A DNA stretch of 64,000 bases. It comes from Dictyoglomaceae bacterium (GTDB lineage Bacteria; Dictyoglomota; Dictyoglomia; Dictyoglomales; Dictyoglomaceae). Below, in pieces: positions 28,222-38,227 of this stretch (positions within the stretch are counted from its first letter, which is position 1; each line of letters begins with the position of its first letter). The position numbers were made by a program, and so were the translations under genes. The notes under the pieces were generated by a model. It saw only the letters and a program-made list of their open reading frames with translations. It ran no database searches and was not told the DNA's origin. The stretch is taken from positions 546-64,545 of the forward strand of contig DAOSUP010000009.1 in the NCBI GenBank assembly GCA_035378845.1, given 5' to 3'.

Positions 28222-28998
28222 ATGTGCGAGCTATTAGGAATGTCTTTTAATTTACCAGTGACTCCAAAAATCTCCTTTAAGGGATTTCGGAAAAGAAGTG
28301 AACAAAATCCTGATGGTTGGGGCATAGCTTTCTATCCTGATGAGTCTGTTCAGGTTATTAAAGAACCACTGAAAGCTGCTGAAAGTCCCCTCTCAGAGTT
28401 CTTGCAAGATTATTCAGGATTAGAATCTAAAATTTTTATTGCTCATGTAAGATATTCAAGCAAAGGTCCAAAGAGTCATAAGAATACTCATCCTTTTTCC
28501 AGAGAACTGAATGGTAAGGAATATGTCTTTGCACATAATGGTACCATTGACTATAAGAGTTTAAAATTAGGAAGATTTAAACCTATTGGTGAGACTGATT
28601 CTGAATATGTATTTTGCTATTTATTAAGTTGTATTGAACAACGTAACATATCCGAGTGGGAAAAGGAAGACTTTGAATGGCTTACAGAAAAGCTTCAGGA
28701 AATAAATAGATATGGGAAGCTTAATTGTCTATTCTCCGATGGTGAACTTTTGTTTTCTTATCATAATCAAGATGGATATAAAGGACTTTACTTTCTCCAC
28801 CGAGAGCCTCCTTATGGCAAGGTTACCTTATTAGATGAGGATTGGGCGATAGATCTTGCAGAGGAAAAATCTACAAAGCAAACGGGCTACATTATTGCAA
28901 CAAATAAATTAACAGATGAGGAAGAATGGCAAAAATTTGAACCTGGTAAGCTCCGTGTATTTAAAGATGGAAAGATGATCTATCCTGATAAAATTTAG
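28222..28998 (+). CDS. class II (Ntn) glutamine amidotransferase, YafJ-type
   Basis: Begins MCELLG, with the catalytic Cys directly after Met. 258 aa, GATase_4-like. Confidence 0.8.
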   Translation: MCELLGMSFNLPVTPKISFKGFRKRSEQNPDGWGIAFYPDESVQVIKEPLKAAESPLSEFLQDYSGLESKIFIAHVRYSSKGPKSHKNTHPFSRELNGKEYVFAHNGTIDYKSLKLGRFKPIGETDSEYVFCYLLSCIEQRNISEWEKEDFEWLTEKLQEINRYGKLNCLFSDGELLFSYHNQDGYKGLYFLHREPPYGKVTLLDEDWAIDLAEEKSTKQTGYIIATNKLTDEEEWQKFEPGKLRVFKDGKMIYPDKI

Positions 28999-29024
28999 GA
29001 TAAAGATAAAATAGAATTTTTCTG

Positions 29025-29053
29025 TTTACATCTTCAAAAACTTTCCATATAAT
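29025..29053 (+). promoter_or_regulatory. candidate promoter of the glp operon
   Basis: TTTACA (29025-29030), 17-nt spacer, TATAAT (29048-29053), 109 nt upstream of the glpK ATG. Confidence 0.45.
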
Positions 29054-29093
29054 ATAAACAAAGTAAATATTTAGGCCGGGAGAAATTGGAGAA

Positions 29094-29137
29094 AAGGCCT
29101 TACTTATTTCCCTGAGAAGGGATAAGTAAGGCTTTTT
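29094..29137 (+). terminator. intrinsic-terminator-like hairpin inside the glpK leader (or the terminator of the upstream gene)
   Basis: aaggccttacttatttccc-tgag-aagggataagtaaggctt (stem of about 14 bp with one bulge) followed by TTTTTAATTTT. It ends 25 nt before the glpK ATG. Confidence 0.5.
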
Positions 29138-29161
29138 AATTTTATAGGGGAGGTGTTCTGA

Positions 29162-30652
<1,491 letters not shown>

Positions 30653-30694
30653 ATCTTTTTAAATTATTAAGAGTATAGCTCAGGGAGGGAGAAG

Positions 30695-32134
30695 ATGAAA
30701 GTAGTAATTATAGGTGGAGGTATAAGTGGCACATTCATTGCCAGGGAACTTTCTAAATATGACTTAGATATTACCCTAATAGAGAAAAACTTAGACATTG
30801 CTTGGGGAACCACAAAAGCAAACTCTGGTATTTTACATGCAGGATATGATGATTTTCCAGATACTCTAAGGGCAAAATTATGTGCTAAGGGTAATGCCCT
30901 TCACTTTAAACTTTCTGAGGAACTTGACTATGATGTAAAAAGGACAGGATCTTTGGTGGTTGCCTTTGATGAAGCAGGGTTAAAAACATTGGAAGAGCTT
31001 TTGAAAAGAGGAAAGAAAAACAATGTGCCAGGACTTGAAATATTAAAAGGAGAAGAGATCTTTGAAAAAGAGCCTCATTTAAATAGAGAAGTGAAATATG
31101 CCTTATGGGCACCCACAGGTGGAATTATTGAATCCTGGGGAGCAGCCATAGCAGCTGTAGAAAATGCAATAGCAAATGGATTAAAACTTATCTTAGGGGA
31201 AAAGGTCATAGATTTTGAGAGAAAAAATGGAAGGATATCTAAGGTAATAACTGATAAAAATACATATGAAGTAGATTTAGTTATCAATGCAGCAGGATTA
31301 TATGGAGATGAGATAGCAAAAATTGCAGGAGCAGAATTTATACCTATATATCCCAGAAGAGGAGAGTATATCCTCTTGGATAAAAAAATAGGCGGAATTG
31401 TAAATTCAGTTATATTTCCTACACCCACAGAAAAGTCCAAAGGAATTTTAGTGCTCCCTACTATTGATGGAGGAATCCTTCTTGGTCCCACAGCAGAAGA
31501 CCTTTCTGAAGATCAGAAGGAAAATACGGCTACATCCAGTTATGGGTTAAAAAGGATTATAGAGGAAACAAAAAGATTAGTGCCATCCTTGGATATATCC
31601 TATGCAATCAAAACTTTTGCAGGCATTCGTGCTGAAAATCCCAATAAAGATTTCTTTATAAAAGAAAGTGAGAAAATACCTAATTTTATCAATGTGATAG
31701 GGATCAGATCTCCTGGGCTTACTGCAGCACCTGCCATAGCCACATATGTGGTAGAGGAGATTATACAGGATAGATTAAAGATTAATCTTGAAAAGAAAAA
31801 AACATTTATCTCAAAAAGAGAAAGGATTAAAAGATATTCGGAACTTCCTTTGGAAGAATGGAATGAGGAGATTAAAAAAGATCCATTATCAGGAAAGATT
31901 ATATGTTACTGCAATATGGTAACGGAAAGAGAGATCCTTGAAGCCATAAGAAGAGGAGCCCGCAGCTTAGATGGGGTGAAATTTAGAACACGAGCTTCTT
32001 TTGGAAGATGTCAGGGAAACTTCTGCGGACCAAGAATATTAGAGATCTTAGCAAGAGAGTTAAATAAAGATCTCTCAGAGATTACAGCTGGTTCAGAAAA
32101 AGCTTGGATTCTAAATGGGAGAGTAAGACCATGA
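30695..32134 (+). CDS. FAD-dependent glycerol-3-phosphate dehydrogenase/oxidase-like subunit with a BFD-like [2Fe-2S] domain
   Basis: VVIIGGGISG dinucleotide fold; C-terminal CYCNMVTEREI...CQGNFC motif. It sits directly downstream of glpK. Confidence 0.75.
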   Translation: MKVVIIGGGISGTFIARELSKYDLDITLIEKNLDIAWGTTKANSGILHAGYDDFPDTLRAKLCAKGNALHFKLSEELDYDVKRTGSLVVAFDEAGLKTLEELLKRGKKNNVPGLEILKGEEIFEKEPHLNREVKYALWAPTGGIIESWGAAIAAVENAIANGLKLILGEKVIDFERKNGRISKVITDKNTYEVDLVINAAGLYGDEIAKIAGAEFIPIYPRRGEYILLDKKIGGIVNSVIFPTPTEKSKGILVLPTIDGGILLGPTAEDLSEDQKENTATSSYGLKRIIEETKRLVPSLDISYAIKTFAGIRAENPNKDFFIKESEKIPNFINVIGIRSPGLTAAPAIATYVVEEIIQDRLKINLEKKKTFISKRERIKRYSELPLEEWNEEIKKDPLSGKIICYCNMVTEREILEAIRRGARSLDGVKFRTRASFGRCQGNFCGPRILEILARELNKDLSEITAGSEKAWILNGRVRP

Positions 32135-33345
32135 AGACTGATGTTGTAGTAATAGGAGGAGGAGCTGCAGGTCTTGGAGCTGCCCTTTCTGCTTATAAAG
32201 AAGGTGTAGATGTGATTCTTATAGAGCAAGAGGAAAGGATCGGTGGTATTTTAAATCAATGTATTCATAATGGTTTTGGTCTGCAATACTTTAAACAGGA
32301 GTTAACAGGTCCTGAATATGCAGAGATGTTCATGGAGAAGATCAAAGATACACCTATAAAAATTCTTTCAAACTCCTTTTTACATTCCATAGATGAGAAA
32401 AATAAAAAAATATATCTTATTACTCCTTATGGCATTCAGACTATAGAAACAAAAGCTATCGTTATGGCTACAGGAGCAAGAGAAAGACCCTTTGGAAGCC
32501 TACTAATTCCTGGTAAGAGACCATCGGGGATATTTACAGCAGGAGTTGCCCAAAAATATATGAACATTCAAAATATTCTCCCTGGAAAAAGAGCTTTAAT
32601 TTTAGGATCTGGAGATATAGGTCTTATTATGGCAAGAAGACTTACCTTAGAAGGGGTAGAAGTGGTAGGAGTAATAGAGAGGCTTCCCTATGCTGGAGGA
32701 CTTTTAAGAAATGTGGTGCAATGTCTTGAAGACTACAATATTCCCCTATATCTATCATCTACAGTGGTAGAAGTGAGAGGAGATGGAAGATTAGAGGAGG
32801 TTATTGTATCAAAATTAGATGAAACCTTTAATCCTATCCCTGGTACTGAGGAATCCTTTAATGTAGATACATTAATTCTTTCTGTGGGACTTATTCCTAA
32901 TACAGAACTCCTTAATGATCTGGTAGAGATAGATGGGACCAGTAGAGGATTTTCTGCCTCTAACTTAGGACAGACCTCTTTAGATTTTGTATTTGCAGCT
33001 GGAAACTGTACTATCATCTATGACTTAGTAGATTATGTTACCTTAGAAGGAGAGAAGGCAGGAAAATATGCCGCTTACTATGTAAAAGGAGAGAAATTTA
33101 CTGGTAAAGTCCCTATAAAAAAGGGTAAAAATATAGGGATACTTTTCCCAAATTATTACACATCAAGAGACGATTTAATCTTATACCTTAGGGTGAGAAG
33201 ACCTATGGAAAAGGGACGTTTAAAAGTAGGAAGCCTTGAGAGAGAGTATAAAGACTTAGTACCCAGTGAGATCTTAAGAGTAAAAGTACCAGAAAAATAT
33301 ATTGAAAACTATTCAGAGATAGAAGTCTCCATGGAGGAGGCATAA
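32131..33345 (+). CDS. pyridine nucleotide-disulfide-family FAD/NAD(P) oxidoreductase (second subunit of the glp dehydrogenase set)
   Basis: MKTDVVVIGGGAAGLGAA plus a second Rossmann motif LILGSGDIGL. ATGA overlap with the preceding gene; the track TTG at 32104 is less likely. Confidence 0.7.
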   Translation: MKTDVVVIGGGAAGLGAALSAYKEGVDVILIEQEERIGGILNQCIHNGFGLQYFKQELTGPEYAEMFMEKIKDTPIKILSNSFLHSIDEKNKKIYLITPYGIQTIETKAIVMATGARERPFGSLLIPGKRPSGIFTAGVAQKYMNIQNILPGKRALILGSGDIGLIMARRLTLEGVEVVGVIERLPYAGGLLRNVVQCLEDYNIPLYLSSTVVEVRGDGRLEEVIVSKLDETFNPIPGTEESFNVDTLILSVGLIPNTELLNDLVEIDGTSRGFSASNLGQTSLDFVFAAGNCTIIYDLVDYVTLEGEKAGKYAAYYVKGEKFTGKVPIKKGKNIGILFPNYYTSRDDLILYLRVRRPMEKGRLKVGSLEREYKDLVPSEILRVKVPEKYIENYSEIEVSMEEA

Positions 33346-33350
33346 AAAAT

Positions 33351-33713
33351 ATGATTAAGAGATTTGTCTGTGTACAATGCCCTATAGGTTGCAAGCTTAC
33401 AGTAGAGATAAAAGATGCTGATAATTCCATCATTAAAATAGAAGGGAATAGATGCCAAAGGGGAATAGCTTATGCAGAAGATGAAATAAAAGATCCAAAA
33501 AGAATCATAACCACAAGTGTAAAGGTTATTGGGGGAGAACTTCCCTTGGTATCTGTAAAAACTGATAAACCAATTCCAAAAAAATATATAAAAGATGTTA
33601 TGGATATCGTAAAAAGCAAAGAGGTTAAGGCACCTGTAAAAAGAGGGGATATAATCATTGAAAATATCCTTGGCACCAATGTAAACATTGTAGCCACAAG
33701 AAGCGTGGAATAA
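33351..33713 (+). CDS. DUF1667 domain protein (third member of the glp dehydrogenase set)
   Basis: 120 aa with CVQCPIGCKL...GNRCQRG Cys motifs typical of DUF1667. Confidence 0.7.
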   Translation: MIKRFVCVQCPIGCKLTVEIKDADNSIIKIEGNRCQRGIAYAEDEIKDPKRIITTSVKVIGGELPLVSVKTDKPIPKKYIKDVMDIVKSKEVKAPVKRGDIIIENILGTNVNIVATRSVE

Positions 33714-33715
33714 AA

Positions 33716-33750
33716 AGCCTCCCCCTGAGATTTTACCACAGGGGGAGGCT
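33716..33750. terminator. bidirectional hairpin between convergent genes
   Basis: agcctccccctg / cagggggaggct, a 12-bp perfect stem with an 11-nt loop. The U-tract (ttttatt) is on the minus-strand reading, so it is canonical for the hydrolase gene. Confidence 0.65.
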
Positions 33751-33757
33751 CGTTAAC

Positions 33758-35536
33758 CTAAAAAGGAAAATGAACTGCAGTTCCAGCCACTATTATCCAG
33801 GTTATCAATAAACTATTCATAAAAGCTCCTGTGTATATATGACCTGTAGCTCTGAAGAAGAAAGTACTAACTGCTGCTGCAATAGAAAGTATAGGTAAGA
33901 ATTGAATACCAATTATAACCCACAATGGATCAGGTGTTAATAAAGTCCCTCCTCTAAAAAGTGGAATATATTGTAAAACTAAATATATAAAGAATCCTAA
34001 TATAGCAAGTACTATATTTATTAAAATTTCCTTTGAAAGAGATACTTCTTTCCCTTCTTTGCTTCTTACCCTTAGCTGTCCATGCATAACTAAGGAGTAT
34101 ATAAAGAAAAATATTAAGAAAAATATTAGATATTGTAAGAATATTCTGAACTTTAGAGGGGTAAATAATTTTACTGCAAATATCCATATCCTATAATCAG
34201 TCTTAAATAAGAAATCACTTAATGCAAGACTCAGATATGCTATAAAAGTTACTGCTATGGCAAGAAGAGCTGATTTCCCAATCTTTCTCCAAGACAAGCC
34301 TTCCCTTTCCCATGTTAGCCCAAAATTTACCCCATTTCCACCAGAGTTCTTATCAAGTACATATCTCCATAGTAAGAAAAGCAAGAGTGCTATTATACCA
34401 TTTCCAACTGCCCAGCCCATTATTCCATTATTTATCTCCTGTGGAAAGAAAGCTGTCACCTTAGGTATTATTTTAGTTAGTGTAAGATTCTTTAACCAAA
34501 AATAAGTAAGAGGTCCAACAGCAGTAAAGATTACTGCAGATATCCACCAAGTAGCACCAGTAGCAGATTTTATTGTAGGAGTCTTCTCCTCCAACTCCTT
34601 AAAGAAATTGCTCTTTAAGAGTAACCCTCCAGAGGCTAAAACCAAAATTATCATACCTATTAATGCCAGTAAATTACCTATTTCTTTCCAATACCATACC
34701 TGATTAGAAGATGGGATAGCCTTACCACCATTTAAGGTTTGAGAGAACCAATCTATAGCATAACCTATGGCTTTAATGGAAAAGTGATCCCAAGGATGGG
34801 TGCATGCTGGTTGATAAAGTACTCTTGCTGTCCCATCATCTATGCTTCCATATATCTTACCTTCAACAATATCTTCATTAGTACCAAAAAGTTTCTTCAT
34901 CTTTTCAGTTTTTCCTACCTCTTGAGCTGTGGTAGATCCCCACATAAGCTCTGAAAATTCATCATATTTTGAAAAGACAACACAAACATTCTTAGGAAAA
35001 CTTTCATTGCCCTCTGGTGCCCCCATGGTACCTGTAGAAGAACCTTCCAAAACCATTGCTTTATAACCATCCGGAATAATTGCTGCTGCAATAACTACAG
35101 ACCATCCTCCCATGGAATGTCCTTCTAACCCTATATTATCTAAATCTACAAAATCAAGAGATCTAAGGTATGAAAGTCCATCAGGTCCCCCAAAACCATT
35201 TGCATAAGCAGGAGGATCAGAAAATCCATGTCCTGTTTGATCTAAAGCAAGGACCACATAACCTCTTCTTGCAAGTTCAATAGCAAAGCCATCTTGGGTT
35301 TCTCTAGAGTTAATATAACCATGGATTGCTAATACAGCTGGCTTTTTATTTTCCCTTGAAGCATCTTTTGGTATATAAAGTAGTCCACTCATCTGGATCT
35401 TATTAGATCCCATAAATCTAACATCTTTTATAACAACTCCCCCAAAATCTGTCTGGACAAGAAAAGCAAGAAAATTACCTCCAAGAATTAAGAGTAAAGA
35501 TATGATGAGAAGCACATACAAATACCTCTTAGACAT
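33758..35536 (-). CDS. alpha/beta-hydrolase domain fused to a C-terminal polytopic membrane domain
   Basis: N-terminal TM helix, then a hydrolase core with the GHSMGG nucleophile elbow (residues about 40-270), then about nine hydrophobic helices (residues about 280-592). Confidence 0.7.
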   Translation of the reverse strand: MSKRYLYVLLIISLLLILGGNFLAFLVQTDFGGVVIKDVRFMGSNKIQMSGLLYIPKDASRENKKPAVLAIHGYINSRETQDGFAIELARRGYVVLALDQTGHGFSDPPAYANGFGGPDGLSYLRSLDFVDLDNIGLEGHSMGGWSVVIAAAIIPDGYKAMVLEGSSTGTMGAPEGNESFPKNVCVVFSKYDEFSELMWGSTTAQEVGKTEKMKKLFGTNEDIVEGKIYGSIDDGTARVLYQPACTHPWDHFSIKAIGYAIDWFSQTLNGGKAIPSSNQVWYWKEIGNLLALIGMIILVLASGGLLLKSNFFKELEEKTPTIKSATGATWWISAVIFTAVGPLTYFWLKNLTLTKIIPKVTAFFPQEINNGIMGWAVGNGIIALLLFLLWRYVLDKNSGGNGVNFGLTWEREGLSWRKIGKSALLAIAVTFIAYLSLALSDFLFKTDYRIWIFAVKLFTPLKFRIFLQYLIFFLIFFFIYSLVMHGQLRVRSKEGKEVSLSKEILINIVLAILGFFIYLVLQYIPLFRGGTLLTPDPLWVIIGIQFLPILSIAAAVSTFFFRATGHIYTGAFMNSLLITWIIVAGTAVHFPF

Positions 35537-35599
35537 TTACCTAACACCCCCAGTTTTAAAAATTTTTTGGTTACAACAGAAGCCATTTTTAAAATTCAT
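35537..35599 (-). CDS. candidate 20-aa upstream ORF (MNFKNGFCCNQKIFKTGGVR) abutting the hydrolase gene
   Basis: The ATG lies 5 nt after GGGGAGGTGAT, and its TAA stop is immediately followed by the hydrolase ATG (TAAATG). It is short, so the coding status is unproven. Confidence 0.3.
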   Translation of the reverse strand: MNFKNGFCCNQKIFKTGGVR

Positions 35600-35621
35600 A
35601 TCACCTCCCCTATACAAATAA

Positions 35622-35662
35622 AAAAGGAGAAACCACCCTATGAAAGAGCAGTTTCTCCTTTT
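35622..35662 (-). terminator. terminator-like hairpin in the 5' leader of the hydrolase gene
   Basis: On the minus strand, aaaaggagaaac-(17 nt)-gtttctcctttt is followed by TTTTTTATTTG. It lies between a consensus promoter and the uORF/gene. Confidence 0.5.
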
Positions 35663-35683
35663 TCTCCTTGCCCTTTTAACACA

Positions 35684-35712
35684 ATTTTAACTTTTTATAA
35701 TTACCTTGTCAA
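35684..35712 (-). promoter_or_regulatory. near-consensus promoter for the hydrolase leader
   Basis: Minus strand: TTGACA (35712-35707), 17-nt spacer, TAAAAT (35689-35684). Confidence 0.5.
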
Positions 35713-35856
35713 TTAATTTTATAAGATGGATTTTAAAGCCCCTACTAAAATTTACCTCTATATATTTAAATTTTTTAAAAATAAGTGATATAGATCACAT
35801 ATTTTAATAAAAATTAGTATGATACTATAAATAGATAAAACAAGGGAGGTGTCAAA

Positions 35857-37161
35857 ATGCGTAGATTCATAAAGATTCTCTTAGTAGGGACCTTAAGTAT
35901 CTTGTTCCTTTTCTCAGTGGCATTTGCACAACAAATTGAAAGACCTGAGCCTGGAGAAAAATATCCTATCAATCTTTTTAGCTTCATTCCTTGGATGAGC
36001 GGTGGAAGTGCCAGGTTTATTGGTATGGGAGGTGTAGGAGTAGCATTAGCCAATGATGCTTCCTCTGTAGAGTATAATCCTGCAGGGCTTGCCTACGTTA
36101 AAAATATTAATCTAAGTGCATTAACCTTAGGAGAAATAAATAAAGAGGTTGTTAGTTTAAATGATGATGGAACACCTATATATGAATATAAATTCAACTT
36201 TGTACCACTATATGCTGCATTTGCAATTTCCAATCTTGGAGCAGCATATAAAAAGCCTTTTATACCATCTGTAGTGGTAGGGAGAGCTGATGGTGGATAT
36301 TGGACAAGCTATGCACCCGATGCCTATCCTATGAATTTTGATTGGTACTCTGATGTAACAGATGTATCAAAACTTAATACCTTCTCTGTAGGATTAGGGA
36401 AAAAATTTGGACCTTTAGCTCTTGGCGCCAATGTAAGTTATATTAAAGGAGACATCTCAAGAAAAGTTGATGGAATATGGTTTGGAGGCGACTATTTTAA
36501 TGGCGTAAGTGAAGACTTTACTAATCCTCCTCCTGGAGCAAATTCTCAATTCCATTCTTTTGACACTGCAAGTATTGATGGATTTACCTTAGATGTGGGA
36601 GGAATATTGGATTTAGCCATCGTAAAAATTGGTGCCGTATTTAAAAATGCCTATAGTAGTGTGAATTATACACGAGACTATATGTGGCATGATGACTTTG
36701 TAACAGGACACTCTGGATATTGGTGGACTTACGATCCAGCTGCCGAGCAGTACTCTAATCTTCAGCTTCCAAGCTTCTTCAACATAGGTGCTGGTGTAGA
36801 TTTAGGGGCTATAAAATTAGCACTGGATTTAGAGAATTTTGATGTCACTTACAATTTTAGTGGAGAAAATTGGAATCAACCTCAACTATGGAAATATGGA
36901 ACATTACATGGAGGAGTTGAATTTTGGGTTCTTCCTATCCTTGCTATAAGGGCAGGAATGTATGGAAACCTCAGATTAGAAGAGCTTGATCCTAATCAGG
37001 CAGCTCAATTAGCAGTGAAAGGATTAACATTCTCTGTTGGAGCAGGAGTAAATCTTCTTGGTTTCTCAGTAGATGTGGCAGTTCTTGGAGACCAGATTCA
37101 AAATTTATCTCCCGATCTATCTCATCTAAAGTTTATTGCATCTGGCGCTGCAAAATTTTAA
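35857..37161 (+). CDS. outer-membrane beta-barrel protein (porin-like)
   Basis: Signal peptide (...FSVAFAQQ), alternating aromatic/Gly-rich beta-strand pattern, and a C-terminal ...SGAAKF with terminal Phe typical of OMPs. Confidence 0.65.
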   Translation: MRRFIKILLVGTLSILFLFSVAFAQQIERPEPGEKYPINLFSFIPWMSGGSARFIGMGGVGVALANDASSVEYNPAGLAYVKNINLSALTLGEINKEVVSLNDDGTPIYEYKFNFVPLYAAFAISNLGAAYKKPFIPSVVVGRADGGYWTSYAPDAYPMNFDWYSDVTDVSKLNTFSVGLGKKFGPLALGANVSYIKGDISRKVDGIWFGGDYFNGVSEDFTNPPPGANSQFHSFDTASIDGFTLDVGGILDLAIVKIGAVFKNAYSSVNYTRDYMWHDDFVTGHSGYWWTYDPAAEQYSNLQLPSFFNIGAGVDLGAIKLALDLENFDVTYNFSGENWNQPQLWKYGTLHGGVEFWVLPILAIRAGMYGNLRLEELDPNQAAQLAVKGLTFSVGAGVNLLGFSVDVAVLGDQIQNLSPDLSHLKFIASGAAKF

Positions 37162-37190
37162 AAGATAGCTCTTACCCCCTTTTCTTTCTA

Positions 37191-37216
37191 AGCCTGGGGG
37201 CACCAAGCCCCAGGCT
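37191..37216 (+). terminator. intrinsic terminator after the OMP gene
   Basis: agcctgggg / ccccaggct stem followed by TTCTATTTATTTT. Confidence 0.6.
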
Positions 37217-37222
37217 TTCTAT

Positions 37223-37600
37223 TTATTTTATAAATATCCCATAGATTATCAGAAGGATTATTAATACCCATATTAGGACGATAAGAATACTTGCAATTTT
37301 TGCTTCTGGAATATCCCCTAAGTAAAATTCGTTAGCCTCTTTTCTGCATTCTTCTAAGATATTCTTAGGTATCAGTTTAATAGAAAGATATATGAGTAGA
37401 GGAAGAATTATTAAATCATCTAAATAGCCAAGTATAGGTATAAAATCAGGGATAATATCTATAGGGCTTAGGGCATAGCCTACTGTTAATCCTACAAAAA
37501 TCTTAGCAATAATAGGTGTATCCCTTCTTTTATATGCCAAGTATAGAGCAGATAAATAGTTCTTTAGCTCTTTTACTTTTTTAGATAGCATTGTCCCCAT
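37223..37600 (-). CDS. YkvA/DUF1232-family small membrane protein
   Basis: 125 aa with the LSPIDIIPDFIPILGYLDD motif characteristic of DUF1232. Confidence 0.75.
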   Translation of the reverse strand: MGTMLSKKVKELKNYLSALYLAYKRRDTPIIAKIFVGLTVGYALSPIDIIPDFIPILGYLDDLIILPLLIYLSIKLIPKNILEECRKEANEFYLGDIPEAKIASILIVLIWVLIILLIIYGIFIK

Positions 37601-37714
37601 TTTTTTTAAGATTTAAAATTTGAGAGTATTATAACATGCAAAGACTTTACCATTACTATAAAATTAGGTATTATCTAAAATTAGAAATGCTCTCATATAA
37701 GGAGGTTTAAAAAA

Positions 37715-38215
37715 ATGCCCAAGGTGCTTGTGCTTTATGATAGTGTTACAGGAAATACAAAACAAATGGCATATGAAGTGGCAGAAGGAGTAAAAATGGT
37801 AGATGGCGTAGAAGTCGTAATAAAACATGTAGATGAAGCAAAGCCAGAAGATTTATTGGAATGTGATGGCATTATTGTAGGATCCCCTACCTATTGTGGC
37901 ACATTAACCTGGAAACTTAAAAAGTTTTTTGACGAAAGTATAGATGTGGCATGGGGAAAGGTGAAAGGTAAGATTGGAGCTGCCTTTTCCACATCGGGTG
38001 GACTTGGGGGAGGAAATGAGGCAACTCTATATTCCATACTGACCATACTTCTAAACTATGGATATCTTGTGTTTGGACTTCCTGATTACTCTGCACCAGG
38101 GGTTACTGCTCATTATGGCACAGTCTCTATAGGTGCCCCAAAGGAAGCAGAAAAAAAGGCTGCAAGGCTTCTTGGAATACATATGGGAGAATATGTAAAG
38201 AAGATGTGTAGATGA
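37715..38215 (+). CDS. flavodoxin-like FMN protein (WrbA/NAD(P)H-quinone oxidoreductase-like)
   Basis: MPKVLVLYDSVTGNTKQMA flavodoxin-type N-terminus. 166 aa. Confidence 0.75.
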   Translation: MPKVLVLYDSVTGNTKQMAYEVAEGVKMVDGVEVVIKHVDEAKPEDLLECDGIIVGSPTYCGTLTWKLKKFFDESIDVAWGKVKGKIGAAFSTSGGLGGGNEATLYSILTILLNYGYLVFGLPDYSAPGVTAHYGTVSIGAPKEAEKKAARLLGIHMGEYVKKMCR

Positions 38216-38227
38216 GAAAGGAGAAAG

